Positions 7,279 through 15,616 of a DNA stretch of 21,302 bases are shown here, in pieces. Positions within the stretch are counted from its first letter, which is position 1, and each line of letters opens with the position of its first letter. The notes beneath the pieces are model-generated. The model did not search any database. It was given only the letters and a program-made list of their open reading frames with translations, and was not told the DNA's origin. The stretch comes from Tolypothrix carrinoi HA7290-LM1. GTDB taxonomy: Bacteria > Cyanobacteriota > Cyanobacteriia > Cyanobacteriales > Nostocaceae. The stretch covers positions 1 to 21,302 of the forward strand of contig JAHHIK010000133.1 in assembly GCA_019358935.1 (NCBI GenBank). Reading direction: 5' to 3'. The position numbers and the translations under genes were made by a program.

Positions 7279-7719
7279 ATGTCCTCGACTATAGACTCCT
7301 TGCCACCAGCTCTTGCTAAAATAGTCCAACGCTTTCAACGCGCTTCTGAACCGAAGCGACGCTACGAACAGTTAATTTGGTACGGACAAAAGCTCAAAGA
7401 GTTTCCTTTATCTGATAAAATACCAGAAAACAAAGTTCCTGGTTGCGTTTCTCAGGTTTATATCACAGCAAACCTGGATGATGATAAGGTGGTTTTTCAA
7501 GGCGATTCTGATTCTCAGTTAACCAAAGGATTAGTAGGACTTTTGGCTGAAGGGTTGAATGGACTAACACCTACGGAAATTGTCCAACTGACTCCAGATT
7601 TTATCCAAGAAACTGGTTTAAATGTTAGCCTGACACCTTCCCGCGCTAATGGGTTTTACAACATTTTCAAAACCATGCAAAAAAAAGCACTGGAATGTAA
7701 ATTAGATATGTCTAACTAA
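7279..7719 (+). CDS. sufE: SufE family Fe-S assembly sulfur acceptor
   Basis: RYEQLIWYG, ENKVPGCVSQV (active Cys), GDSDSQLTKGL, LTPSRANGF. Confidence 0.95.
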   Translation: MSSTIDSLPPALAKIVQRFQRASEPKRRYEQLIWYGQKLKEFPLSDKIPENKVPGCVSQVYITANLDDDKVVFQGDSDSQLTKGLVGLLAEGLNGLTPTEIVQLTPDFIQETGLNVSLTPSRANGFYNIFKTMQKKALECKLDMSN

Positions 7720-7752
7720 GGGACTGGGGCAATGGGCATAGGGCATTGGTCC

Positions 7753-7796
7753 GGCAGTGCCGTGCGGAGGTTCCCTCCGTTGAGGCACCTGCCGTC
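7753..7796 (-). repeat. ~45-bp small dispersed hairpin element in an STRR tract
   Basis: Reverse complement GACGGCAGGTGCCTCAACGGAGGGAACCTCCGCACGGCACTGCC. Confidence 0.8.
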
Positions 7797-7912
7797 ATCG
7801 GGCATGGAAAGAATCGTATTTATTCACGCATGAGCTAATATCCCTTCTTTAATTCTCATTGCCCGTTGCCCATTGCCCTATGCCCAATGCCCAATTACCA
7901 AAATTTAGTCTG

Positions 7913-8809
7913 ATGTCAACTGATTTATTATCTTCCGCTGTCGGCATTGGTGGTGTAGTTCAAGAATATCTCTGTCTCTTGGAAAACCAGCAATTGCGCG
8001 TTGTTTATGAAACTTTGGGTACAGGTTCGCCGATATTATTGCTTCCAGCTTTCAGTACTGTTTCCATGCGATCGGAAATGGGCGAACTTGCCAAGCTTTT
8101 ATCTCCACATTTTCAAGTTGTCGCTGTAGATTGGCTTGGTTTTGGAGAATCGTCACGCGCCAGTTTAGATTACCGACCTGAATTATATCACCAATTTCTG
8201 CAAAATTTTGTGAAATCGATTTTTAATACGCCAATTGCAGTAATTGGAGCCGGACATGCTGCCAGTTATGTGCTGCAATTAGCTGTTAATCAGCCAGATG
8301 TTGTTTCTGCTGTTGTGTTGTTAGCCCCGACTTGGCGAGGTCCTTTGCCGACGATGGGGGCAAGTCAGCAGATTGCGGGTATGTTTAGAGGATTAGTGCG
8401 ATCGCCTATTCTCGGTCAAGCTCTCTACAAGCTCAACACTACACCTTCTTTCTTAAGTTTGATGTACCGTCGCCACGTTTACGCCGATCCTGCTATACTC
8501 ACACCCAGCTTCATTCAGCATAAGTGGCGCAACACTCAAAAGCCAGGTGCAAGATTTGCTCCCGCAGCTTTCGTCACCGGCAACCTCGACGCAGTACACA
8601 GCCAAGCTGATTTTCTCGCTCTTGCAAAGCGCTTGTCTGTGCCGCTAATGGTGATAATTGGCGAATCTAGTCCCCCCAAATCAAAAGCAGATATGGAAGC
8701 TTTAGCTGCTTTACCAGGAGTTAAAAGCGCTGTTATTCCCGGTTCTCTGGGACTGCATGAAGAATACCCAGAAGTCGTTATAGAAGCAGTTCAGGATTTT
8801 TTGCGCTGA
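7913..8809 (+). CDS. Alpha/beta fold hydrolase
   Basis: ILLLPAFS, VVAVDWLGFGESS, C-terminal GLHEEYP. The nucleophile-elbow position reads GAGHAA rather than GxSxG. Start MSTDLLSS at 7913; the upstream extension is STRR. Confidence 0.88.
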   Translation: MSTDLLSSAVGIGGVVQEYLCLLENQQLRVVYETLGTGSPILLLPAFSTVSMRSEMGELAKLLSPHFQVVAVDWLGFGESSRASLDYRPELYHQFLQNFVKSIFNTPIAVIGAGHAASYVLQLAVNQPDVVSAVVLLAPTWRGPLPTMGASQQIAGMFRGLVRSPILGQALYKLNTTPSFLSLMYRRHVYADPAILTPSFIQHKWRNTQKPGARFAPAAFVTGNLDAVHSQADFLALAKRLSVPLMVIIGESSPPKSKADMEALAALPGVKSAVIPGSLGLHEEYPEVVIEAVQDFLR

Positions 8810-8810
8810 G

Positions 8811-8847
8811 AGATTCGGTGACTTCGCACTCATTTGTCACCGAATCT
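8811..8847. terminator. Hairpin between convergent genes (likely terminator)
   Basis: Perfect 12-bp stem AGATTCGGTGAC / GTCACCGAATCT; the U-tract is weak. Confidence 0.6.
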
Positions 8848-8880
8848 GACCAACCTAACTTATTGATGCGAGACTAAAGA

Positions 8881-9822
8881 TTAATTTAAGCTACTGCTAG
8901 TACGTTTCTTGAGTTGAGAAAGAGAAACTGCTAGTAGACCAATTATGCCAAGACCAAGAATAGCTGACGGTTCAGGCACTTTCTTGACTTGAAAATCTAA
9001 ACTGAATGTGCCAGACTCCTTAAAGGCAGTCCGGTTATTGTCAGTACCTAAATCCACTAGTTTGAATGTTGCTGAGTAAGTTCCTAGTGGTGCAGCCTTT
9101 TCAGTCCAAAAAGTAGGGGTGAACGAAAAATTATCACCGCTGCCGATTGTATAAATATCGCCAACTGACTTGAGGATATCAACCCCTGCTGAATCAACAA
9201 TATTCAATCCACTGCTAATTGAAGCTAATTGTAAACCAATTGTTGCACCCTCAAGCGATCGCTGCCAGCGACCATTAGAGCTATTGTACAAATACTGGTC
9301 TTCTGGTTCTGGAGAATTTTTCAGAGACGCTATAGGTTCTATCTTCAGATTGCTGTACTCGTCGTTTGTTAAACCGCTAATCAAGCGATCGCGATAAATT
9401 CCTGTCCCAGGTAATAATGTCAACGGTGGCTGTTTTGTGGAAATCTCCGGAATTCGATTATTTGTACTGGTTGAATTAATAATTGGGTTATCTACAGTTC
9501 CTGAGTAGCTATAAGCACCAATACCGTGGAAATGGTTCGTTGTCGGGTCTTCTTCCCTATGTGCAAACAAATAGGTCAGACGATTGTAATTCGGGTTGTC
9601 CAATCCAGTGTATGTCCCTCGGTTGAGAACATCTAAATTATCTAACCCGATGAAATAGTCGGTGTGGTCATGGTCGCTATCATTACCATGAGCTTGTGCC
9701 GGTGCAAAAGTAGTAGATAAAACCCCACCAGCAGCCAAAAAGCTGACTGCAATAGATGCGATCGCTTGCCCTGTTTGAGTCCCTGACTTTTTCGAGCCAG
9801 TAGTGTTATTTAAAACCACCAC
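8881..9822 (-). CDS. All3515-family Zur-repressed PEP-CTERM surface protein
   Basis: GGAG plus GTG start at 9822; signal peptide ending APAQA|H; His-rich N-terminus HGNDSDHDH; NHFHGIG; C-terminal VPEPS + TM + KKR (PEP-CTERM); perfect Zur box upstream. The sufE-hydrolase-this gene order matches Anabaena alr3513-all3515 as recalled. Confidence 0.88.
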   Translation of the reverse strand: MVVLNNTTGSKKSGTQTGQAIASIAVSFLAAGGVLSTTFAPAQAHGNDSDHDHTDYFIGLDNLDVLNRGTYTGLDNPNYNRLTYLFAHREEDPTTNHFHGIGAYSYSGTVDNPIINSTSTNNRIPEISTKQPPLTLLPGTGIYRDRLISGLTNDEYSNLKIEPIASLKNSPEPEDQYLYNSSNGRWQRSLEGATIGLQLASISSGLNIVDSAGVDILKSVGDIYTIGSGDNFSFTPTFWTEKAAPLGTYSATFKLVDLGTDNNRTAFKESGTFSLDFQVKKVPEPSAILGLGIIGLLAVSLSQLKKRTSSSLN

Positions 9823-9854
9823 GTATCTCCAGAAAAGTATAATTCCTTGCTTTG

Positions 9855-9869
9855 TGATAATGATTATCA
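9855..9869. promoter_or_regulatory. Zur box (perfect 7-1-7 palindrome TGATAATGATTATCA)
   Basis: Exact match to the Anabaena Zur consensus TGATAATNATTATCA, 32 nt upstream of the PEP-CTERM gene start. Confidence 0.9.
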
Positions 9870-10216
9870 TAGATTTACTCTCCCTGTCAATTAACGATTT
9901 GTTACAAATTGTCAATACTATTTTTCGTAAATTTTTTAATATCTCAGGACTTACGCAAAAACTGCACGCAACTCCTATTCCTCTGTGTACTCTGCGTTCT
10001 CTGCGGTAGCCTTCTCTTCTCCTTCACCAGACGCCAAGGGCGAACGAGAGGCACGCGGCTACGGCAACTTTGCCTTGGGCGAACGTTTTTTCCTGATTGT
10101 GCCCCTATATATATTTCTCTTGGCAGATGTAAAAAAATTAAATTGTTCCAATAAGCTGTTCTGCCAACTCAACAAACAATAAATCACCACAAAAATATAA
10201 AAAGACTTATTATAGG

Positions 10217-10231
10217 TGGTAATGATTATCT
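10217..10231. promoter_or_regulatory. Zur box (TGGTAATGATTATCT)
   Basis: Two mismatches to consensus, 27 nt upstream of the COG0523 ATG. Confidence 0.78.
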
Positions 10232-10258
10232 AAAATGTGAAAAAAAGGCATTCAGAGT

Positions 10259-11227
10259 ATGTTTACGGAAACACCGAATACAGTGCCTGTAACCGTTCTG
10301 ACGGGCTACCTGGGTGCGGGGAAAACGACACTTCTCAATCACATCCTCACCTACGAACACGGCAAGAAAGTCGCTGTCATCGTCAATGAATTTGGGGAAG
10401 TAGGCATTGATAATCAATTAATTATCGATGCAGATGAAGAAATTTTTGAAATGAACAACGGCTGCATCTGCTGTACAGTGCGCGGTGACTTGATTCGCAT
10501 CATCGGCAACTTAATGAAGCGGCGTGATAAATTTGACCATTTGGTAATTGAAACTACTGGATTAGCAGACCCAGCACCGGTGATTCAGACGTTCTTTGTT
10601 GATGAAGATATGCAAACTCAACTGTCTTTAGATGCAGTGGTGACAGTTGTCGATGCCAAGCATATCTGGCAACATTGGGACGCAGACGAAGCGCAAGAGC
10701 AAATTGCCTTTGCGGATGTGATTTTATTGAATAAAACTGATTTAGTAGCACCAGAACAGTTGGATGAATTAGAAAAGCGGATTCGGTCGATGAATGCAAT
10801 GGCGAAAATCCACCGTACCCGCAATTCTGAGTTAGGAATGGACGCTTTATTGGGTGTACAAGCTTTTGATTTGGATCGCGCTTTGGAAATTGACCCGAAT
10901 TTCTTAGGGGAAGATGCTCACGTACACGATGAAAGCGTGTATTCTGTAGCTTTGGTAGAACAGGGCGAAGTGGATGGACAAAAATTAAATAATTGGCTAT
11001 CCGAGTTATTACGTACTCAAGGACCAGATATCTTTCGGATGAAAGGTATTTTGAATATCGCCGGCGAAGATAACCGCTTTGTGTTCCAAGGAGTGCATAT
11101 GATATTTGATGGTAAAGGCGATCGCCCCTGGAAACCAAACGAAACCCGCAAAAACGAACTTGTCTTCATCGGTCGCAATCTTGACGAAGCCAAACTTAGA
11201 GAAAATTTCCGTGCTTGTTTGATTTAA
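10259..11227 (+). CDS. COG0523/CobW-family G3E GTPase (putative zinc metallochaperone)
   Basis: Walker A GYLGAGKTT, VIVNEFG, metal motif GCICC, IETTGLADP, LNKTD, and CobW_C domain (RMKG, FQGVH, LVFIGRNLD). Confidence 0.95.
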   Translation: MFTETPNTVPVTVLTGYLGAGKTTLLNHILTYEHGKKVAVIVNEFGEVGIDNQLIIDADEEIFEMNNGCICCTVRGDLIRIIGNLMKRRDKFDHLVIETTGLADPAPVIQTFFVDEDMQTQLSLDAVVTVVDAKHIWQHWDADEAQEQIAFADVILLNKTDLVAPEQLDELEKRIRSMNAMAKIHRTRNSELGMDALLGVQAFDLDRALEIDPNFLGEDAHVHDESVYSVALVEQGEVDGQKLNNWLSELLRTQGPDIFRMKGILNIAGEDNRFVFQGVHMIFDGKGDRPWKPNETRKNELVFIGRNLDEAKLRENFRACLI

Positions 11228-11283
11228 ATAAGGAGGGGGAGAGGGGGGGAAAGGGAGAGGGGGGCATGGGGAGAAATAATTGT

Positions 11284-11346
11284 CCTCCACTCCCCCACTC
11301 CCCCACTCCCCCACTCCTCCACTCCCCCACTCCCCCACTCCTCCAC
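11284..11346. repeat. Octamer tandem repeat (CCCCACTC)n
   Basis: About 8 copies directly before the WD40 start codon. Confidence 0.85.
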
Positions 11347-11347
11347 A

Positions 11348-12409
11348 ATGAACCCCCTAACCGCCAAATCCAAAGAATTTGACCAGCACTTTTCCGGGAC
11401 GCTTTCAGATTATGTGACAGCGATCGCCTGGTCGCCAAATAGTACAACTTTGGCTGCAACCTCCGCTGCTGGGGAAGTCGCGCTTTGGCTTGATGGCGAT
11501 TTAACAACTTTGCAAGCTGGTAACGGTGAATCATTAAACTGTGTAGCCTTTTCCCCAGATGGGCAATATTTAGCCGTTGGGGGACAAGATGGAAGGGTGA
11601 AAATTTGGCGGCTAAGTGAGTTAATTGCTACTTTGGAAAATGCCCCCGCTTGGGTTGATAAACTGGCTTGGAGTCATACTAGCAACTTGTTAGCTTTTAG
11701 TTTGGGGCGTTACGTACAAGTGTGGGATGCCGACTTACAAGAAACAGTTGTCACGCTGAATTTTGAAAATTCCTCAGTATTGGCTATCGATTGGCGAAGT
11801 GATGGACAATACTTAGCTGTTAGCGGTTATCACGGTGTAAAAGTATGGAATTCTCAAGATTGGGATGAAGAACCATACGTTTTGGAAATGCCTACAGTTA
11901 GTGTAGCTATGGCTTGGTCGCCCGATGGTAAATTTCTGGCTTCTGGCAATATGGATCGCAGCGTCACCGTGTTGGAATGGGATAATCCCGACCCTTGGGT
12001 AATGCGTGGCTTTCCTGGTAAAATTCGCCATTTAGCATGGTCAGAAGCTACTACCCAAGTAGGTGCGCCGATTTTGGCTTCTTCCAGCGTTGAGGGTATT
12101 GTTGTATGGGAAAAGCTGGAGGATGAATCTTTGGGATGGGAAGCGACAGTATTAACAAATCATGTGGATGTCATTCAGGCGATCGCTTTTGCACCCAACA
12201 GCTTTATTCTCGCTTCCGCTGCTAGTGATGGCTGGCTGTGTTTGTGGAATAAAGCCAAACAAGTATCGCAAGTTCTTACAGGTGCATCAGCAGGCTTTTC
12301 CTGTCTAGTTTGGCATCCCCAAGGCAAGTTACTTGCTGCTGGTGGCGAAAATGGCGAATTATTCGTTTGGTCAAAAGTTACGCGCGGTCAAGGATTCGGG
12401 CGAAGTTAA
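11348..12409 (+). CDS. WD40-repeat beta-propeller protein, probably co-transcribed with COG0523
   Basis: Repeated AWSP/AFSPDG..LA.G..DG.VKIW units. Confidence 0.93.
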   Translation: MNPLTAKSKEFDQHFSGTLSDYVTAIAWSPNSTTLAATSAAGEVALWLDGDLTTLQAGNGESLNCVAFSPDGQYLAVGGQDGRVKIWRLSELIATLENAPAWVDKLAWSHTSNLLAFSLGRYVQVWDADLQETVVTLNFENSSVLAIDWRSDGQYLAVSGYHGVKVWNSQDWDEEPYVLEMPTVSVAMAWSPDGKFLASGNMDRSVTVLEWDNPDPWVMRGFPGKIRHLAWSEATTQVGAPILASSSVEGIVVWEKLEDESLGWEATVLTNHVDVIQAIAFAPNSFILASAASDGWLCLWNKAKQVSQVLTGASAGFSCLVWHPQGKLLAAGGENGELFVWSKVTRGQGFGRS

Positions 12410-12486
12410 GCGGACTGGGGACTGGGTATTTTGAAATATGAAGAAAGAAATTTTGACGCATGATTGTAACATTAAAACCCGTTTTT

Positions 12487-12514
12487 GTAGAGACGTTCCG
12501 GTGGAACGTCTCTA
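12487..12514. repeat. Palindromic dispersed repeat (second copy)
   Basis: GTAGAGACGTTCCGGTGGAACGTCTCTA; matches 4955-4983. Confidence 0.8.
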
Positions 12515-12643
12515 GCAAGAATTAGGAATTTCATATTAATATTCAGCAACGCCCAAATTCTTAACATTCACGTTTCTTAGTTGATGGTAAACAATTGATT
12601 GGGATATGCTGTATCTGCAACCCCCTCTGTAATCTATAAATTT

Positions 12644-12910
12644 ATGAAGATAGCAAAACTGATTTTGCTTGCCTTTCCTGTAGTTGTGGCTTCAGCATTC
12701 ATGCTTGCCTTACCTGCCGCAGCGTCGATTGTGAATGCACCTGCTAAAGCCCAAGTTACTTTGGTGTCTACACAACCAATTCCCCAATCGGTAACACCAT
12801 TAACTCAAGAATCTAATCCTATCACAGATCAACTCGGTTGTAATTGCCCTACTTGCGTTAAAGCGAATTCTCAGCTACTGCAAGGTAAGCTACCATTTGC
12901 AAGCATTTAA
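12644..12910 (+). CDS. Small secreted protein with GCNCPTC motif, 88 aa
   Basis: ATG 12644; signal peptide MKIAKLILLAFPVVVASAFMLALPAAA|S; C-terminal LGCNCPTCV; terminator downstream. Confidence 0.78.
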   Translation: MKIAKLILLAFPVVVASAFMLALPAAASIVNAPAKAQVTLVSTQPIPQSVTPLTQESNPITDQLGCNCPTCVKANSQLLQGKLPFASI

Positions 12911-12931
12911 AAAGTTATAAGTTATGAGTAG

Positions 12932-12972
12932 TAGGGGTACAACGTCGCGCTGTACCCCTATTTATTTATTTT
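12932..12972 (+). terminator. Intrinsic terminator
   Basis: 10-bp stem TAGGGGTACA / TGTACCCCTA followed by TTTATTTATTTT. Confidence 0.7.
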
Positions 12973-13286
12973 GCTTGCGTATGAATGGCACTGCTACAAT
13001 TTCCAACAGATGCCCGACTTGGTTTGTCAAATCAACTTGTATGAGTAATACGCGCCATATCACCACATTGCCAACATTAGCTGCGTTATTTCAGTCAATT
13101 TGGGATTTTTGCGCCACATTAGCTTTCTTCAGCATAATTGCTGTTTGAACAAACGGGAATTATGCTTTACACGCTTTCATTATCTTATTCTCACCCTCAC
13201 CCTCAGCTAAGATGAGTGCGAGTGCGTTAACGCTTCAGTATTTGGCAACCAAGTCTTCAAAATGCTGGGATTTCACTTCACGCTCA

Positions 13287-13301
13287 TGATAAAGATTATC
13301 G
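13287..13301. promoter_or_regulatory. Zur box (TGATAAAGATTATCG)
   Basis: Two mismatches to consensus, ~27 nt upstream of the metal-binding lipoprotein start. Confidence 0.78.
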
Positions 13302-13328
13302 TTATGGGAACGCAGATAGGAGTTAGTG

Positions 13329-14309
13329 ATGTCAAAAAAAACACCATCAAATAATTCCCTGCGACTTGCCGTTCTTGCTCTAGCGATTGGATTCGCTGGG
13401 TGTAATCAAAATACAAACACCGCTTTCACGCAAACCAGTACGAGAAATAATAATTTGCCTCAAGTAGTAGCGACTACAAGCGTACTGTGTGATTTTACTA
13501 GACAGGTGGCGGGAAACTCAGTTAATCTGACTTGCTTGATTCCCCCAGGAGCAGATCCGCACGTTTATCAACCTAAGCAGCAAGACCGGGAAGCGATGCA
13601 GACGGCTTCCCTTATTTTATATAACGGTTACAATCTAGAACCGAGTTTGATTAGATTGATTAAAGCTAGTAAAAACCGTACACCGAAAATTGCAGTAGGT
13701 CAAGTTGCGGTTCCCAAACCACAGCAGGTTCAGCAAAATAGCAAGATAAACGATCCTCATGTTTGGCATGATGTCAAAAATGCGATCGCAATGGTGGATG
13801 TCATCAGCCGCAACCTAGAAAAAGTCTCACCAGAAAACGCAACGCTTTATAGCAGTAATGCCCGACAAATCAAAAGTGAGCTAACTCAGCTCGATAGTTG
13901 GGTTAAGTCAACAATTACAACTATTCCCGCCAATCAACGCGAATTAGTTACCATTCATAATGCAATGGGTTATTATGCTTCTTCTTACGGACTTTCATTA
14001 AAAGGCACTTTGTCAGGCATCAGCACCGAAGGAAAACCAACAGATGCACGAGTCAAAAACTTAGTAAATAATATCAAGCAAGCGAGAGTGCCGACAATTT
14101 TTGCCGAAACGACAATCAACCCCAACTTAATAGAGTCTGTAGCAAGACAAGCCAGAGTCAAAGTTTCCCAAAGAGAACTTTTTACCGATAGTTTGGGTGA
14201 ACCAGGAAGCGAAGGGGAAACCTACCAGAAAATGATGACGGCAAATACCCGCACAATTGTCGAAGGATTGGGAGGTACTTACCTGATATTTGTACCAAAA
14301 ACTAGATAG
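13329..14309 (+). CDS. Cluster A-I metal ABC transporter substrate-binding lipoprotein (ZnuA-like)
   Basis: Lipobox FAGC; VVATTS; ligand motifs DPHVY, DPHVW, VTIHNA and FTDS; Zur box upstream. Alternative GTG start at 13326. Confidence 0.92.
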   Translation: MSKKTPSNNSLRLAVLALAIGFAGCNQNTNTAFTQTSTRNNNLPQVVATTSVLCDFTRQVAGNSVNLTCLIPPGADPHVYQPKQQDREAMQTASLILYNGYNLEPSLIRLIKASKNRTPKIAVGQVAVPKPQQVQQNSKINDPHVWHDVKNAIAMVDVISRNLEKVSPENATLYSSNARQIKSELTQLDSWVKSTITTIPANQRELVTIHNAMGYYASSYGLSLKGTLSGISTEGKPTDARVKNLVNNIKQARVPTIFAETTINPNLIESVARQARVKVSQRELFTDSLGEPGSEGETYQKMMTANTRTIVEGLGGTYLIFVPKTR

Positions 14310-14419
14310 GGGAATGGGTAATGGGGAATGGGGAATGGGGAATGGGTAATGGGGAATGGGGAATGGGGAATGGGTAATGGGGAATGGGGAATGGGGAATG
14401 GGGAATGGGGAATGGGGCA
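14308..14419. repeat. STRR heptamer tract (GGGAATG / GGGTAAT variants)
   Basis: About 16 tandem heptamers; complementary-type CAATTAC/CAATGCC tracts at 14480-14600. Confidence 0.9.
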
Positions 14420-14510
14420 TCGTCCAAGTGGGCATCGGGCATGGTCTATGTGTGGCTGTGAAATACGTCTAGCTTCTTTTTATTGCCAATGCCAATTCCC
14501 AATGCCCAAT

Positions 14511-14554
14511 GACGGCAGATGCTCCACTTGGGGAGACCCCAAGACCGCACAGCC
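14511..14554 (+). repeat. ~45-bp small dispersed hairpin element
   Basis: GACGGCAGATGCTCCACTTGGGGAGACCCCAAGACCGCACAGCC. Confidence 0.8.
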
Positions 14555-14596
14555 AAACCTATGCCCAATTACCAATTACCAATTACCCATTACCTA

Positions 14597-15184
14597 TTAC
14601 CTAGTGTTCGGTGGAGGTGGTGGAACTAAGGGAATATTGGTAGGTTGTGGTGTTTTGTTCAAATCGGGAGTTGGGGGTGCTGGTGGGGTTGGCGTCGGGG
14701 TAGCAGGAACTGCTGGAGGAGAATTTGTGGTTGTGGAATCTCGTCCAAAAAATAAAAGCGATCGCGCAGTTTTAAAGTAAGTTGCCCAAACTTGCGGATC
14801 GGGGCGATTTCGCCATTGCAGACGACTAACTTCTAATGCCAAAACTGGAGCGATCGCCCCATAATTTTGGGCGGATACAACTACGGAAACGTCTGTAACT
14901 AAAATATCTTGGTCAAAGCTGCGTTGAGCCGCTGCCCTAGCTGCCGCTTCCGCCCTTCTGAGGATGGTTTCGTAGTTTTCCTCTGGTAAGCTGTCAATCG
15001 CTAAGTCAACTCTCGCGGTATAAGCTTGCACACTCTGGGGCGCGATCGCTTCACACACAACCCACGCTGGAATTGCAGTACCAAGCAAAACAATTAAAGG
15101 AACTATCCGGATTTGTTTGGCAATTTGGCTAATAACTGGAAAGGGAATGATGGATGATAGTTGGTGAGCAACACTTCTGCTCAT
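14597..15184 (-). CDS. Conserved cyanobacterial exported/membrane-anchored hypothetical protein with Pro-rich tail
   Basis: TAAGGAG RBS (15200-15194) before ATG 15184; hydrophobic segment ending VQA|Y; globular core LRRAEAAARAAAQRSFDQDIL; PPAVPATPTP tail. Confidence 0.8.
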   Translation of the reverse strand: MSRSVAHQLSSIIPFPVISQIAKQIRIVPLIVLLGTAIPAWVVCEAIAPQSVQAYTARVDLAIDSLPEENYETILRRAEAAARAAAQRSFDQDILVTDVSVVVSAQNYGAIAPVLALEVSRLQWRNRPDPQVWATYFKTARSLLFFGRDSTTTNSPPAVPATPTPTPPAPPTPDLNKTPQPTNIPLVPPPPPNTR

Positions 15185-15248
15185 AACTTTATGCTCCTTA
15201 CTGATGATTTGTAATTTGAAATAAGCCAAGGTATTTTCGGATAAAAAA

Positions 15249-15264
15249 TGTAATAAAAATTACA
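15249..15264. promoter_or_regulatory. Candidate NtcA-binding site TGTA-N8-TACA
   Basis: TGTAATAAAAATTACA fits the extended NtcA consensus and lies in a divergent intergenic region. No TAN3T box was found at the canonical 22-nt spacing. Confidence 0.4.
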
Positions 15265-15528
15265 CATAATCAGAAGACCCATTCAGAATCACCTGAACTA
15301 TATGACATAGGTTAGCCTTGTTTTTTCAGCAAAGCCAACCGCAATTTTATGCAATTCAGAGGGTGTAGGGGGCAGGGTTTAGGGTGTAGGGACTCACGTT
15401 TTAAAACGCGAGACTTAGACTGTGGACACCTTGCTTTATCGGGCTGCTTTCTCAAAGCAATTCTTTTTTTTACGCTCGCTTAAAGCCACAAAGTAAGTTT
15501 TCTCCCCCCCCACACCCCACACCCCACA

Positions 15529-15573
15529 ACGCCAGATGCCTCAACGGGGGGAACCCCCGCACGGCACTGGCTC
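15529..15573 (+). repeat. ~45-bp small dispersed hairpin element in a CCCCACA STRR
   Basis: ACGCCAGATGCCTCAACGGGGGGAACCCCCGCACGGCACTGGCTC. Confidence 0.8.
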
Positions 15574-15616
15574 CCCCACACCCTGTTTTTTGTAAACAAT
15601 AAGTAGAAAAAGCGCG

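Noticed and set aside
9823..9915. Longer start for the PEP-CTERM gene
   Set aside because: It would run through the Zur box; GGAG plus GTG at 9822 gives a more plausible signal peptide.
10554..11534. Antisense ORFs (194, 68, 109 and 112 aa) over the COG0523/WD40 genes
   Set aside because: Shadow frames of real genes, partly STRR translations (GSGGVGEW).
12924..13148. 74-aa ORF between the small Cys protein and the ZnuA-like gene
   Set aside because: It starts within the terminator region and has no RBS or recognisable motif.
14127..14780. 102-aa and 150-aa ORFs with PHSPFPI/MGNGEWG repeats
   Set aside because: STRR translations overlapping real genes.
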